Positions 25,129 to 33,818 of a stretch of DNA of 46,057 bases are shown here, piece by piece. The DNA comes from Candidatus Binatia bacterium. GTDB lineage: Bacteria; Chloroflexota; Limnocylindria; Limnocylindrales; CSP1-4. The notes under the pieces are model-generated. The model was given only the letters and a program-made list of their open reading frames with translations. It did not search any database and was not told where the DNA came from. The stretch is from assembly GCA_035574535.1 (NCBI GenBank), contig DATLYV010000028.1:1-46057 (forward strand), written 5' to 3'. The position numbers and the translations under genes were made by a program. Numbering within the stretch: position 1 is the stretch's first letter; every line of letters begins with the position of its first letter.

Positions 25129-25149
25129 TATTGCGACTGAGTCTCGATA
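25129..25149. promoter_or_regulatory. Imperfect palindrome TATTGCGAC-TGA-GTCTCGATA upstream of the Fur-family gene (candidate Fur/Zur box)
   Basis: The 9-bp arms match 7/9. AT-richer than its surroundings. It lies directly before a TAGCAT -10-like hexamer and about 18 nt before the ATG. Confidence 0.3.
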
Positions 25150-25166
25150 GCTGCTAGCATCGGACG

Positions 25167-25595
25167 ATGGTCGATGCCGCGACGATCGTCGACGCCCTCG
25201 AGGGAGCCGGGTACCGGCTGACCGCGCCGCGTCGCGCACTCGCCGGGCTGATCGCGAGCCGGGGCGGCCACTTCACCGCGGAGAACCTCCTGGGCGAGTC
25301 GCGACGGCGGCGGCTCGGCGTCACGCGCGCCACGGTCTTCCGCTCCCTCGACGTCCTCGCGGACCTGGGCATCGTCGAGCGCCTCGACCTTCCGTCGGGC
25401 GAACACGCGTTCGTCGCCTGCGAGCCCGTCCATCACCACCACATCGTCTGCTCGTCGTGCGGCCGCTCCACCGAGGTCGAGGACAGCGGCCTGGAGGCCG
25501 TGGCGGCCCGGATCGCCCGCGACACCGGCTACCGCATCGACACCCACCGGCTCGAGCTGTTCGGGCTCTGCCCGACCTGCCGCTCGGCCGCCTGA
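25167..25595 (+). CDS. Fur-family metalloregulator (Zur-like by context)
   Basis: Winged helix (ATVFRSLDVLADLGIV), HHHHIVCSSCG and a C-terminal CPTC motif. Immediately upstream of a ZIP transporter gene. Confidence 0.85.
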   Translation: MVDAATIVDALEGAGYRLTAPRRALAGLIASRGGHFTAENLLGESRRRRLGVTRATVFRSLDVLADLGIVERLDLPSGEHAFVACEPVHHHHIVCSSCGRSTEVEDSGLEAVAARIARDTGYRIDTHRLELFGLCPTCRSAA

Positions 25596-25617
25596 GGCGA
25601 GGCGCCGCCGGACGACG

Positions 25618-26445
25618 ATGCATCCCGCCACCATCCTGCCGTTCTTCTCGACGCTCCTCGGCGGCTTCGCGGCACTGCGGCTGCGACACCGGCTGCACGC
25701 GCTCATGGCGATCGCCGCGGGCATCGTGGTCGCCACCGCGGTGGCGGACCTCTTCCCCGAGGCCTGGGAGCTGGTGGGCGAGGGCGGCGCGCTGGCCATG
25801 GGCACCGCCGCGGTCGTCGGGTTCATCGGCTTCAGCCTCCTCGAGGCGTTCATCCACCAATCGAGCTTCGAGCACGCCGGCACGCGCGGCCATGTGCACG
25901 CCCATGGCCCGCACACGCACGAGCCCGCGCACGAGCACGAAGACCACGACCACGACGCGGCGCGCGAGGCGGTCCTCGCCGCAGGCTCGGCCGCGCGGCC
26001 GGGCCTGCTCCGCCTCCTCCCGCCGACCAGCCTGGTGGTCCACAGCGCGTTGGACGGGCTGATGATCGGCGTGGCCTTCCAGGCCGGTGACGAGACCGGC
26101 CTGATCGTGCTGCTCGCGGTGCTGTGCCACGACTTCGCCGATGGGATGAACGTCGCGACGGTCGCCCTCGAGGCGGCCCGCGGCGTCCGGCTGGCGGTGG
26201 TGTTCGTCCTGCTCGACGGGCTCGCCGCGCCGCTCGGCGGCGCGGTCAGCGGCCTCGTCTCGATCGACGACCGGACGCTCGGCCTGCTGCTCGCAGGCTT
26301 CGGCGGAGTGTTCCTGGCCATTGGCGCGGGCCACCTGCTGCCGGAGTCGCAGCACCGCGACCCGAGCCGCGGCCCGGTGATGGTGGCGCTCGCCGCGGGC
26401 GGTGCGGTCGTGGCCCTGGCCGCGCGGGCGATCGCACCGGCGTAA
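25618..26445 (+). CDS. ZIP-family divalent metal transporter (ZupT-like)
   Basis: Multi-pass membrane protein with a His-rich loop (HVHAHGPHTHEPAHEHEDHDHD) and the motifs HSALDGLMIGVAF and LCHDFADG. Confidence 0.85.
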   Translation: MHPATILPFFSTLLGGFAALRLRHRLHALMAIAAGIVVATAVADLFPEAWELVGEGGALAMGTAAVVGFIGFSLLEAFIHQSSFEHAGTRGHVHAHGPHTHEPAHEHEDHDHDAAREAVLAAGSAARPGLLRLLPPTSLVVHSALDGLMIGVAFQAGDETGLIVLLAVLCHDFADGMNVATVALEAARGVRLAVVFVLLDGLAAPLGGAVSGLVSIDDRTLGLLLAGFGGVFLAIGAGHLLPESQHRDPSRGPVMVALAAGGAVVALAARAIAPA

Positions 26446-26470
26446 GGTTCGGTCGATCAAGGAGGGAGTC

Positions 26471-26866
26471 ATGCACGACAGCGCCGACGGCCTCGGGCCG
26501 ATCATGCAGATCCTGGTCCCCGTCTCGGACGTCGACCGCGCGGCGACGTTCTACGAGGAGATCCTCGGCCTGCACCCGCTCTTCCGCTACCCGGGCAACG
26601 CGTTCTTCGACGTGGACGGCATCCGCCTGTACCTCGCGAGCCCGACCGAGGACGACTTCCTGGGCCGCACGACGATCTACTTCCGGGTGGCGGACGTCAC
26701 GGCGACGCTGGAGCGCCTCGAGGCGGCGGGCGCCACGGTCCGCGAGCGCCCCGAGATCGTGTTCGGGACGGACGACTACGACCTGTGGCTGGCGTTCGTC
26801 CAGGATCCCGACGGGAACAACATCGGGCTGATGCGCGAGGCGCCGAAGGGGCTCGCCGCGGGCTGA
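26471..26866 (+). CDS. VOC/glyoxalase-family protein
   Basis: The ATG is preceded by AAGGAGGGA. FYEEILGL...LWLAFVQDPDGNNIGL is typical of a glyoxalase/bleomycin-resistance fold. Confidence 0.75.
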   Translation: MHDSADGLGPIMQILVPVSDVDRAATFYEEILGLHPLFRYPGNAFFDVDGIRLYLASPTEDDFLGRTTIYFRVADVTATLERLEAAGATVRERPEIVFGTDDYDLWLAFVQDPDGNNIGLMREAPKGLAAG

Positions 26867-26891
26867 GCCGTCGACCGGTCGGCCGAGACGC

Positions 26892-28022
26892 TCAGCCCTT
26901 GGCCGCCGCCACAGTCGCCGGGGCGCGGTCCTCGTGCTGGTCGCGCTCCTCCTCCGTCGGCGTCTCGACGGCCGCCGGGTCGATCGGGACGGGCGTCTCG
27001 CGGGCCTGCAGGCGGTCGAGGACGACGGTCGCGCCGGCGACGATCGGCACGGCCACCACCGCGCCGAGGATGCCGCCGACGGTGCCGCCGACGAGCAGGC
27101 TGACCAGCACGAGGAACGGCGACAGCCCGACGCTGTTGCGCATGACGATCGGGACGAGGACGTTGCCCTCGATCAGGTGGATGAAGAAGGAGACACCGAT
27201 CGTGAGGACGACCGCCTCCGGGCCGAGCGTCGTCGCCACGAGCACGGCAGGCACGGCGCCGATGACGGGCCCGACGATCGGGATACTTTCGGTCAGCGCC
27301 GCGATGAGTGCCAGCAGCAGCGCCGCCGGCAGCCCGAGCAGGTTGTACGCGATGCCCGTGGCGACGCCGATCGTGGCCATCAGGATCAGCTGGCCCCGGA
27401 CCCACAGGCCGAGGCGCGACTCGACCTCGTTCCACGCGTCCCGGATGCCGGCCCGCCGGTCGTGCGGCAGGAAGGCGAGTGCGTAGCGCTGCAGCCGCGG
27501 CCGCTCGGTGAGCCAGAAGAAGACCATGAACAGCAGCGTCACCAGGGCCGCGGCAACCTGCCCGACGACGATCCCCGCCTCCACGATGCTGTCGCCGTCC
27601 GGGCCCTGGCCGGGCCGGAACGGCGCCTGGACCGCGTCGATGAGTGCGCCGACGCCCTGCGCGAGGAGCTCCGGTCGCAGCTGCTCGCTCCACGCGCGGA
27701 CCTCCTCGAGGAACGCCGGGAAGCGGCCGAGCGCCGCACCGAGCTGGACCGTCGCAGCGGGCACGATGAACACGGCGATCGTGACGACGCTGACCAGGAA
27801 CACCGCGTAGACGAGCACGATCGCCAGCCCCCGGCCGATGCCGGTCCGGGCGCGGATCGCCGAGACGACCGGCTCGAGGGCCGCCCCGAGCAGGACAGCG
27901 AGGAAGACGAGGAGCAGGACGTCGCGGGCCGCCGACGCGACCGAGGCGAGCATGAGGATGGCCCCGACCCCGATCGCGAGCCCGGCGCCACGCGCCGCCC
28001 AACTCACCGTCTCCGCGCGCAT
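26892..28022 (-). CDS. AI-2E family transporter (PerM/UPF0118)
   Basis: Eight-ish TM segments. The conserved C-terminal block is ESIPIVGPVIGAVPAV...IEGNVLVPIVM. Start chosen at the ATG at 28022 (alternative 28088). Confidence 0.85.
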   Translation of the reverse strand: MRAETVSWAARGAGLAIGVGAILMLASVASAARDVLLLVFLAVLLGAALEPVVSAIRARTGIGRGLAIVLVYAVFLVSVVTIAVFIVPAATVQLGAALGRFPAFLEEVRAWSEQLRPELLAQGVGALIDAVQAPFRPGQGPDGDSIVEAGIVVGQVAAALVTLLFMVFFWLTERPRLQRYALAFLPHDRRAGIRDAWNEVESRLGLWVRGQLILMATIGVATGIAYNLLGLPAALLLALIAALTESIPIVGPVIGAVPAVLVATTLGPEAVVLTIGVSFFIHLIEGNVLVPIVMRNSVGLSPFLVLVSLLVGGTVGGILGAVVAVPIVAGATVVLDRLQARETPVPIDPAAVETPTEEERDQHEDRAPATVAAAKG

Positions 28023-28182
28023 CCAGCCCTCCCAGGCACATTGCAACGGCCACCGCGTCCTCGCGACCCCATGGCGTGCGAGCGCCATCGTGGGGATCGG
28101 GGGTGCGCCGGCGGATCGGCGCGGGGGCCCCGCTCGTTGCAGTTCCGTCGCGGCGCGGCCGCGCAGCCGCGCGTCGCGCCGG

Positions 28183-29532
28183 TCAGGCGCCGGTCGCGGC
28201 CTCCATCTCGGCGATCCGCCGGGCGAGGAAGGCCCGCTCGACATCGTTCGAGGTCAGGGCGAGCGCGGTCCGGTAGGCGGCCGCGGCGTCCGCCGCGGCC
28301 CCGAGCCGCCGCAGCAGGTCGGCACGCGCTGCGTGGTAGTACGGGTAGCCGGTCAGCAGCGGCTCCGACGCGAGCGCGTCGAGGATCGCCAGCCCTGCTG
28401 CCGGGCCCTCGCGCATCGCCACCGCGACGGCCCGGTTCAGCTCCACCACCGGCGAGGGCGCGAGCTCGGCCAGGCGGCCGTACAACGCCGCGATCTGGGG
28501 CCAGTCGGTTTCGGCGGGCGTCGCGGCCGTGTCGTGGAGCGCGGCGATGGCCGCCTGGAGCTGGTACGGCCCAGGGCGGCGCGGCCGGCCGGCCCGGATC
28601 GCCCGGTCCAGCAACGCGGTTCCCTCGGCGATTTCGGCCGCGTCCCAGCGCCCGCGGTCCTGGTCCTCGAGCACCACCAACGCCCCGCCGGGGTCGGTGC
28701 GCGCGTCGCGTCGGGCGTCGTGGAGGAGCATCAGGGCCAGCAGGGCGAGGACCTCGGGCTCGTCCGGCATGAGCGCGGCGAGCATCCGGGCGAGGCGAAT
28801 CGCCTCGGACGCCAGCTCGCGCCGCACGAGCGCCTCGCCCGCGGTCGCGCTGTAGCCCTCGTTGAAGACGAGGTAGAGGACCCGCAGGACCGCGTCGAGC
28901 CGCTCCGGCAGGACCTCCGGCGGCGGCACGCGGTAGGGAATGCCGGCCTCGCGGATCTTGCGCTTCGCGCGGACGAGCCGCTGCGCGAGGGTCGGCTCGG
29001 GCACGAGGAAGGCCCGCGCGATCTCCGGCGTCGTCAGGCCCCCGAGCGTCCGGAGCGTGAGGGCGACACGCGCGTCGGGCGCCAGCGCGGGATGGCAGCA
29101 GGTAAAGATCAGGCGCAGCCGGTCGTCGATGCCGTCCGTGTCGCTCGCCTCCTCGCCGCCGGTGCCGCGATCGAGCGCCGCCTCGACCCTCGCCTGCTGC
29201 TCAAGCGCCCGCGTCTTCTCGGCGAGGATCCGCCGCCGCCGCAGCCGATCGATCGCCCGGTTGCGCGCGGTCGTGGTGATCCACGCGCCGGGATTCGCCG
29301 GCACGCCGTCGACCGGCCAGACCTCGAGCGCCCGGGCGAAGGCGTCCTGGACCGCCTCCTCGGCGAGGTCGAAGTCGCCGAAGACGCGGATCAGGGTCGC
29401 GACGGCCCGCCCGGACTCCTCGCGGAAGACCCGGTCGACGACGTCGTGGGCGGTGCTCAGACCGGGAATTCCCCGGCGTCGAAGTCGACCACCGGCCGGA
29501 CCTCGACCGAGCCGACCTTCGCGCCGGGGCAC
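28183..29532 (-). CDS. ECF-like sigma-70 family factor with long C-terminal TPR-like extension (YCII-associated type)
   Basis: Sigma region 2 (AEEAVQDAFARALEVWP, PGAWITTTARNRAIDRLRR) and region 4 (LRTLGGLTTPEIARAFLVPEPTLAQRLVRAKRKI). The nearest canonical in-frame start is the GTG at 29532. The conserved sequence begins at a CTG at 29460 that overlaps the YCII stop. Confidence 0.85.
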   Translation of the reverse strand: MPRREGRLGRGPAGGRLRRRGIPGLSTAHDVVDRVFREESGRAVATLIRVFGDFDLAEEAVQDAFARALEVWPVDGVPANPGAWITTTARNRAIDRLRRRRILAEKTRALEQQARVEAALDRGTGGEEASDTDGIDDRLRLIFTCCHPALAPDARVALTLRTLGGLTTPEIARAFLVPEPTLAQRLVRAKRKIREAGIPYRVPPPEVLPERLDAVLRVLYLVFNEGYSATAGEALVRRELASEAIRLARMLAALMPDEPEVLALLALMLLHDARRDARTDPGGALVVLEDQDRGRWDAAEIAEGTALLDRAIRAGRPRRPGPYQLQAAIAALHDTAATPAETDWPQIAALYGRLAELAPSPVVELNRAVAVAMREGPAAGLAILDALASEPLLTGYPYYHAARADLLRRLGAAADAAAAYRTALALTSNDVERAFLARRIAEMEAATGA

Positions 29533-29834
29533 GCCGCCGCCAGCTCGAGGGCCTCGTCGAGGTCCTTCGCCTCGATCAGGTAGAACCCGCCGAGGGCCTC
29601 CTTCGTCTCGGCGAACGGCCCATCCGTGGTGAGGGTCCTGCCGTCGCGGACGCGGACCGTGGTCGCGCTGGTCACGGGCTTGAGGGCCTCGCCGCCGACG
29701 AACGCGCCGCGGCTGCGGAGCAGCTCGCCGTAGGCGTTGTACTCCTCCATGACCTGCTGGACGACCGCCATGTCGGGCGGCTCGGGTGACGGGTTCGCGG
29801 TGTTCTCGTCGTAGATGAGCACCAGGTAGCGCAT
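29457..29834 (-). CDS. YCII-related (DGPF-motif) protein
   Basis: MRYLVLIYDE...DGPFAETKEALGGFYLIEA signature. GGAGGAGG RBS upstream. Confidence 0.85.
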   Translation of the reverse strand: MRYLVLIYDENTANPSPEPPDMAVVQQVMEEYNAYGELLRSRGAFVGGEALKPVTSATTVRVRDGRTLTTDGPFAETKEALGGFYLIEAKDLDEALELAAACPGAKVGSVEVRPVVDFDAGEFPV

Positions 29835-29985
29835 CGAACTCCTCCTCCGGCGGCGCCCTTCGCCGCCCCTTCGATGCATCGACGTACGGGTTCGGCGCGA
29901 ATCGACAGGGCCGGACGACGTCCGCGCGGGCAGCGCCGGCGCGCCGTTCCGGGTACCCCGGGCGGGCCACGGTAGCATCGCGTCC

Positions 29986-31536
29986 ATGCCGAAGGAGCAG
30001 GAGGTCCTCCGGATCGGCGACCGCGAGGTCACGGTCACGAACCCGTCGAAGGTGTTCTTCGAAGCGACGGGCGCGACGAAGCTCGACCTCGTGCAGTACT
30101 ACCTGGCCGTCGCGCCGGGCGCGCTCGTGGGCGCGGGCGGGCGGCCGATGGCCCTGAAGCGCTTCGTCAACGGCGCCGCCGGCGAGGCGTTCTTCCAGAA
30201 GCGGGCGCCGGAGAACCGGCCATTGTGGCTGCGCACGGTGACGCTGTCGTTCCCGTCGGGTCGGACGGCCGACGAGATCGTCGTCGACGATGCGGCGGGC
30301 CTCGCCTGGGTCGTCAACCTCGGGTGCATCGACCTGAACCCGCACCCGGTCCGCGCGGACGACCTCGACCACCCGGACGAGCTGCGGGTCGACCTCGACC
30401 CGGTGCCGGGCGTGCCGTGGTCGCAGATCCGCGACGTCGCGATGGTCACGAAGGAGGCGCTCGAGGCGGTCGGGCTCGTCGGCTGGCCGAAGACGTCGGG
30501 CTCGCGCGGGATCCACATCAACGTCCGGATCGAGCGTCGCTGGACGTACCCAGAGGTGCGCCGGGCCGCGCTGGCGATCGCCCGCGACGTCGAGCGCCGG
30601 GCACCCTCGATCGCCACGAGCAAGTGGTGGAAGGAGGAGCGCCACGGCGTCTTCCTCGACTACAACCAGAACGCCAAGGACCGGACGGTCGCGTCGGCCT
30701 ACTCCGTCCGGCCGCTCCCGGACGCCCGCGTCTCGACGCCCCTGTCGTGGGACGAGGTGCCGACCTGCGAGCCCGAGGCATTCACGATGGAGACGGTGCC
30801 GAAGCGGTTCGCCGAGATCGGCGATCCGGGCGCCGGGATCGATTCGGCCCCGGGGTCGCTCGAGGCCGTGCTGGAGCTCTCGCGCCGGCACGAGGCCGAG
30901 GGCCTGGGCGACGCACCATGGCCGCCGAACTACCGCAAGCAGGCCGGCGAGCCGCCGCGGGTCCAGCCGTCGCGCCAGCGGCGGCCGCGGGAGGCCTACG
31001 ACACCCCCGAGGCCGAGGCGGAGCGCGAGAGGCGACGCGCGGCGCTGGAGCGGCGCTTCCTCGAGGAGGCGGAGCGGCGAGCGGCGGCGCGAGCGGCGGG
31101 GCAGCCGGTCGCGTCGCGACCCACGCCGACAGGCCGGCGGCGCTCGAACGTGCCGGTGATCGAGATCGCCCGGGCGAAGACGAAGGCCGAGGCGCTCGGG
31201 GGACTGGAGCGCTGGAAGGCCCGCCACCCGAAGGCCGCCGCGGCGCTCGAGGAGGCCGACGTCCTCGTCGACGGCATGCGCGGCCGCTCCTCGCTCTGGT
31301 ACCGGATCCGCGTGAACCTCACCCACGTCCCCGAGGCGGACCGGCCGGAGCAGGAGCCGCTCGAGATCGACTACGACCCGTGGGCCGAGTACGTCTTCCC
31401 GGACCGCTCCGGCCAGCTCGAGCGGGCGCCTCGCCGGAAGAAGCGCAACCCAGCGGTGAACTCACCATCGCCGGACCCCGTGGACTCGCGTTCGCCCGGC
31501 CCGGATGACGCCTCGTCGCGCGACCCCGCGAGCTGA
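29986..31536 (+). CDS. LigD-type NHEJ polymerase/primase domain protein with ~200-aa C-terminal extension
   Basis: Motifs KLDLVQYY, FFQKR, IDLNPHP, ELRVDLDP, KTSGSRGIHI and FLDYNQN. The extension after about aa 300 is Arg/Glu-rich, followed by a folded-looking segment VIEIARAKTKAEALGGLERWK...LWYRIRVNL. Confidence 0.85.
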   Translation: MPKEQEVLRIGDREVTVTNPSKVFFEATGATKLDLVQYYLAVAPGALVGAGGRPMALKRFVNGAAGEAFFQKRAPENRPLWLRTVTLSFPSGRTADEIVVDDAAGLAWVVNLGCIDLNPHPVRADDLDHPDELRVDLDPVPGVPWSQIRDVAMVTKEALEAVGLVGWPKTSGSRGIHINVRIERRWTYPEVRRAALAIARDVERRAPSIATSKWWKEERHGVFLDYNQNAKDRTVASAYSVRPLPDARVSTPLSWDEVPTCEPEAFTMETVPKRFAEIGDPGAGIDSAPGSLEAVLELSRRHEAEGLGDAPWPPNYRKQAGEPPRVQPSRQRRPREAYDTPEAEAERERRRAALERRFLEEAERRAAARAAGQPVASRPTPTGRRRSNVPVIEIARAKTKAEALGGLERWKARHPKAAAALEEADVLVDGMRGRSSLWYRIRVNLTHVPEADRPEQEPLEIDYDPWAEYVFPDRSGQLERAPRRKKRNPAVNSPSPDPVDSRSPGPDDASSRDPAS

Positions 31537-31748
31537 TGCGCCACCTCCGCGCGTCGATCCAGATCGCTGCCCCACCCCAAGCTGTCTGGGACCTCGACGC
31601 CGACGTCGAGGGGTCCGTCGAGTCGGTGCCAATTGCCGAGGACGATGTCCTCCGCGTGGTCCAGCTCCACGCCGACGAGGTACGCCGTGTACCCGAAACT
31701 GTCGGCGATCAGGAGGCAGGAGCGCTCGACGGGGTTCACGCTGGCCAC
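31371..31748 (-). CDS. Hypothetical protein (coding strand and boundaries uncertain)
   Basis: Between 31680 and 31800, positions congruent with this frame's third codon position are about 90% G/C by hand count, versus about 60% for the competing plus-strand ORF. The translation is protein-like (NPVERSCLLIADSFGYTAYLVGVELDHAEDIVLGNW). Its 3' 165 nt would overlap the LigD-pol gene. Confidence 0.3.
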   Translation of the reverse strand: MASVNPVERSCLLIADSFGYTAYLVGVELDHAEDIVLGNWHRLDGPLDVGVEVPDSLGWGSDLDRRAEVAHQLAGSRDEASSGPGERESTGSGDGEFTAGLRFFRRGARSSWPERSGKTYSAHGS

Positions 31749-31795
31749 GCGGATGGTACGGAGCGTGATCTTCGCGGGATCAACGCCCGGCGCCG

Positions 31796-32167
31796 TCAGC
31801 GGTCCTTCCGCTCGATGTTCCGAATGCCCTCGTGGATCCCGAAGAACACGACGACGATCTCCATCACCACGCGCCAGTAGAGGTTGCCGAGCAGCAAGAT
31901 GAGCAGTCCGCCGAGCAGGCCGCTGCCGAGACCGAAGCGCGTCGAGCCGAGGATCGCTCCGAGGGCCGCGAGCGTGATCAGCCCGGCCCCGATGATGTAG
32001 ACGACCTTCACGACCACCGGCGTCACCATGTACCGGAAGTTGAAGAAGTCGCCCCATGAGAAGCGCCTGCCATCAGCCGAAGGCACCGGCGCGGGCGCCT
32101 GCCACGCGACCGGCGGCCGCTGTTCCGCGGGCGGCGGGGTTGGCATCGAGGTCGATCCCTGGTCCAT
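31796..32167 (-). CDS. DUF4282-family membrane protein
   Basis: Contains FSWGDFFNFRYMVTPVVVKVVYIIG and LYWRVVMEIVVVFFGIHE. GGGAGGG RBS before the ATG at 32167. Confidence 0.7.
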   Translation of the reverse strand: MDQGSTSMPTPPPAEQRPPVAWQAPAPVPSADGRRFSWGDFFNFRYMVTPVVVKVVYIIGAGLITLAALGAILGSTRFGLGSGLLGGLLILLLGNLYWRVVMEIVVVFFGIHEGIRNIERKDR

Positions 32168-32180
32168 CGCTGTTCCCTCC

Positions 32181-32702
32181 CTACTTTCCGTACTTGAACG
32201 GATAGACCACCCAGGCATCGGTCGAGACGGCGAAATGGTCGGGCACCGAGCGGACCTTCGATCGCTCCGGCTTGTAGTGCAGGACCGCGGTCGTCGGGAT
32301 GCCGCCGCCCATGCGAACGCGCTCGATGACCGCCTGGATGGTCGTCCCGGTGTCCCATACCTCGTCGACGATGAGGACGCGCTTGCCGTGGAGCAGCGGA
32401 TCCGACGGGAACTGGAAGAACATCGGCTGGTCGGCGACCTGGCCGTGCTCGTCGTAGAAGGCCACGGCGGCCACGAGGATGTCCCGGATCCCGAGCAGGT
32501 ACGCCAGCATCCCGGCCGGCACGAGGCCGCCGCGAGTGATGCAGAGCATGACGTCGTACTCGCCGCGGACCTGCTCGGCGAGCTGCTTCACGAGGGTCTC
32601 GAGCTTCGCCCAGTCGACGACGTCCTTCTCGACGAACGTCGCCTCGAGCGGGGTCGACCCGGGGGCGGTCGACGCGCCCGCGCGCGGCTCCCCGCCGCTC
32701 AC
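32181..32702 (-). CDS. Phosphoribosyltransferase (purine PRTase-like)
   Basis: PRPP-binding loop VLIVDEVWDTGTT, plus ITRGGLVPAG. The GTG start overlaps the ligase stop (GTGA). Confidence 0.8.
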   Translation of the reverse strand: MSGGEPRAGASTAPGSTPLEATFVEKDVVDWAKLETLVKQLAEQVRGEYDVMLCITRGGLVPAGMLAYLLGIRDILVAAVAFYDEHGQVADQPMFFQFPSDPLLHGKRVLIVDEVWDTGTTIQAVIERVRMGGGIPTTAVLHYKPERSKVRSVPDHFAVSTDAWVVYPFKYGK

Positions 32703-33805
32703 ACGCTCACCCCGAAGATCTTCTCGAGCTCGTAGGCCGCCGTCTCCTCGAGCTGGTCGTAGCGGCAGTCCTGCGGCCGCTTGTCGGTGCGCCACCGGAC
32801 GAAGGTCGTCGCGTGGCGAAAGCGGTCGCCCTGGAGGTGGTCGTAGGCGACCTCGGCGACGCGCTCCAGCCGCAGCGGCTCCCAGGACAGGTCCTTGCCC
32901 CGGTTCCAGCGCGACGTCGCCCCAGGCAACCGCTGGCCGGACGCGTCGGCCGCACCGTACTCGGCCCACTCGGCCCATTCCTTCCACGGGTGACCGTCCA
33001 GAGCGTTCTCGCGCAGCGGCTCGAGCTCCCTGGCGAGCGCGGCCCGCCGGTCCCACGAGAACGAGCTGGTGACGCCGACGTGGTGCAGCTTCCCGGTATC
33101 GTCGAACAGCCCGAGCAGCAGCGAGCCGACGTGCGTCCCCGGCCCGATCTTGTGCCACCGAAAGCCCGCGACCGCGCAGTCGGCCGTGCGTTGGTGCTTG
33201 ATCTTCAGCATCGCCCGCTTGCCGGGCTGGTACGTGCCGTCGAGCCGCTTCGCGATGACGCCGTCGAGCCCGGCGCCCTCGAAGCGGTCGAACCAGTCGG
33301 CCGCGGTGGCGCGGTCGGTCGTGGCGGGCGTCAGGTGGATCGGCGGCTTCGCCCGCGCGCCGAGGTCGTGCTCCAGGAGCGCCCGACGCGCCCCCTGCGG
33401 GGTGCCGCGGAGGTCCCGGTCGTCGAGCGCGAGCACGTCCCATGCGACGAACGAGGCGGGCGACTGCTCGGCCAGCATCCGGACCCGCGATTCCGCCGGG
33501 TGGATTCGGAGCAGCAGGGCCTCGAACTGCAGGCCGCCGTCGGCCGCGATGACGATCTCGCCGTCGAGGACGCAGCGCTCCGGGATGGACGCGCGCAGCG
33601 GCGCCTCCAGCTCCGGGAAGTAGCGGTTGAGGGGCTTGAGGTCGCGCGACTGGATGTAGACCTCGTCGCCGTCGCGGAAGACCAGGGCACGGAAGCCGTC
33701 CCACTTCGGCTCGAACAGCCAGCCGTCGCCCTCCGGGAGCGCGTCGCCGGCCTTGGCCAGCATCGGCTCGATGGGGGGGTCGAAGGGGAGCTGCATCGCC
33801 GTCAC
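32699..33805 (-). CDS. ATP-dependent DNA ligase (LigC/LigD ligase-domain type)
   Basis: Adenylation motif I EPKWDGFR, plus LDGEIV, FVAWDVL, GVIAKR and MLKIKH. Confidence 0.9.
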   Translation of the reverse strand: MTAMQLPFDPPIEPMLAKAGDALPEGDGWLFEPKWDGFRALVFRDGDEVYIQSRDLKPLNRYFPELEAPLRASIPERCVLDGEIVIAADGGLQFEALLLRIHPAESRVRMLAEQSPASFVAWDVLALDDRDLRGTPQGARRALLEHDLGARAKPPIHLTPATTDRATAADWFDRFEGAGLDGVIAKRLDGTYQPGKRAMLKIKHQRTADCAVAGFRWHKIGPGTHVGSLLLGLFDDTGKLHHVGVTSSFSWDRRAALARELEPLRENALDGHPWKEWAEWAEYGAADASGQRLPGATSRWNRGKDLSWEPLRLERVAEVAYDHLQGDRFRHATTFVRWRTDKRPQDCRYDQLEETAAYELEKIFGVSV

Positions 33806-33818
33806 GGTACCCCGGCGG

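Noticed and set aside
26934-29583. Long plus-strand ORFs (612 aa and 581 aa) over the AI-2E transporter and sigma-factor genes
   Set aside because: They are antisense to genes with clear motifs and have highly biased composition.
31536-31880. 114-aa plus ORF with an SRPBCC-like N-terminus
   Set aside because: The similarity is limited to about 20 residues. Third-position GC falls to about 60% after 31680 and the C-terminal half overlaps the DUF4282 gene antisense. Possibly a remnant; kept only as a finding.
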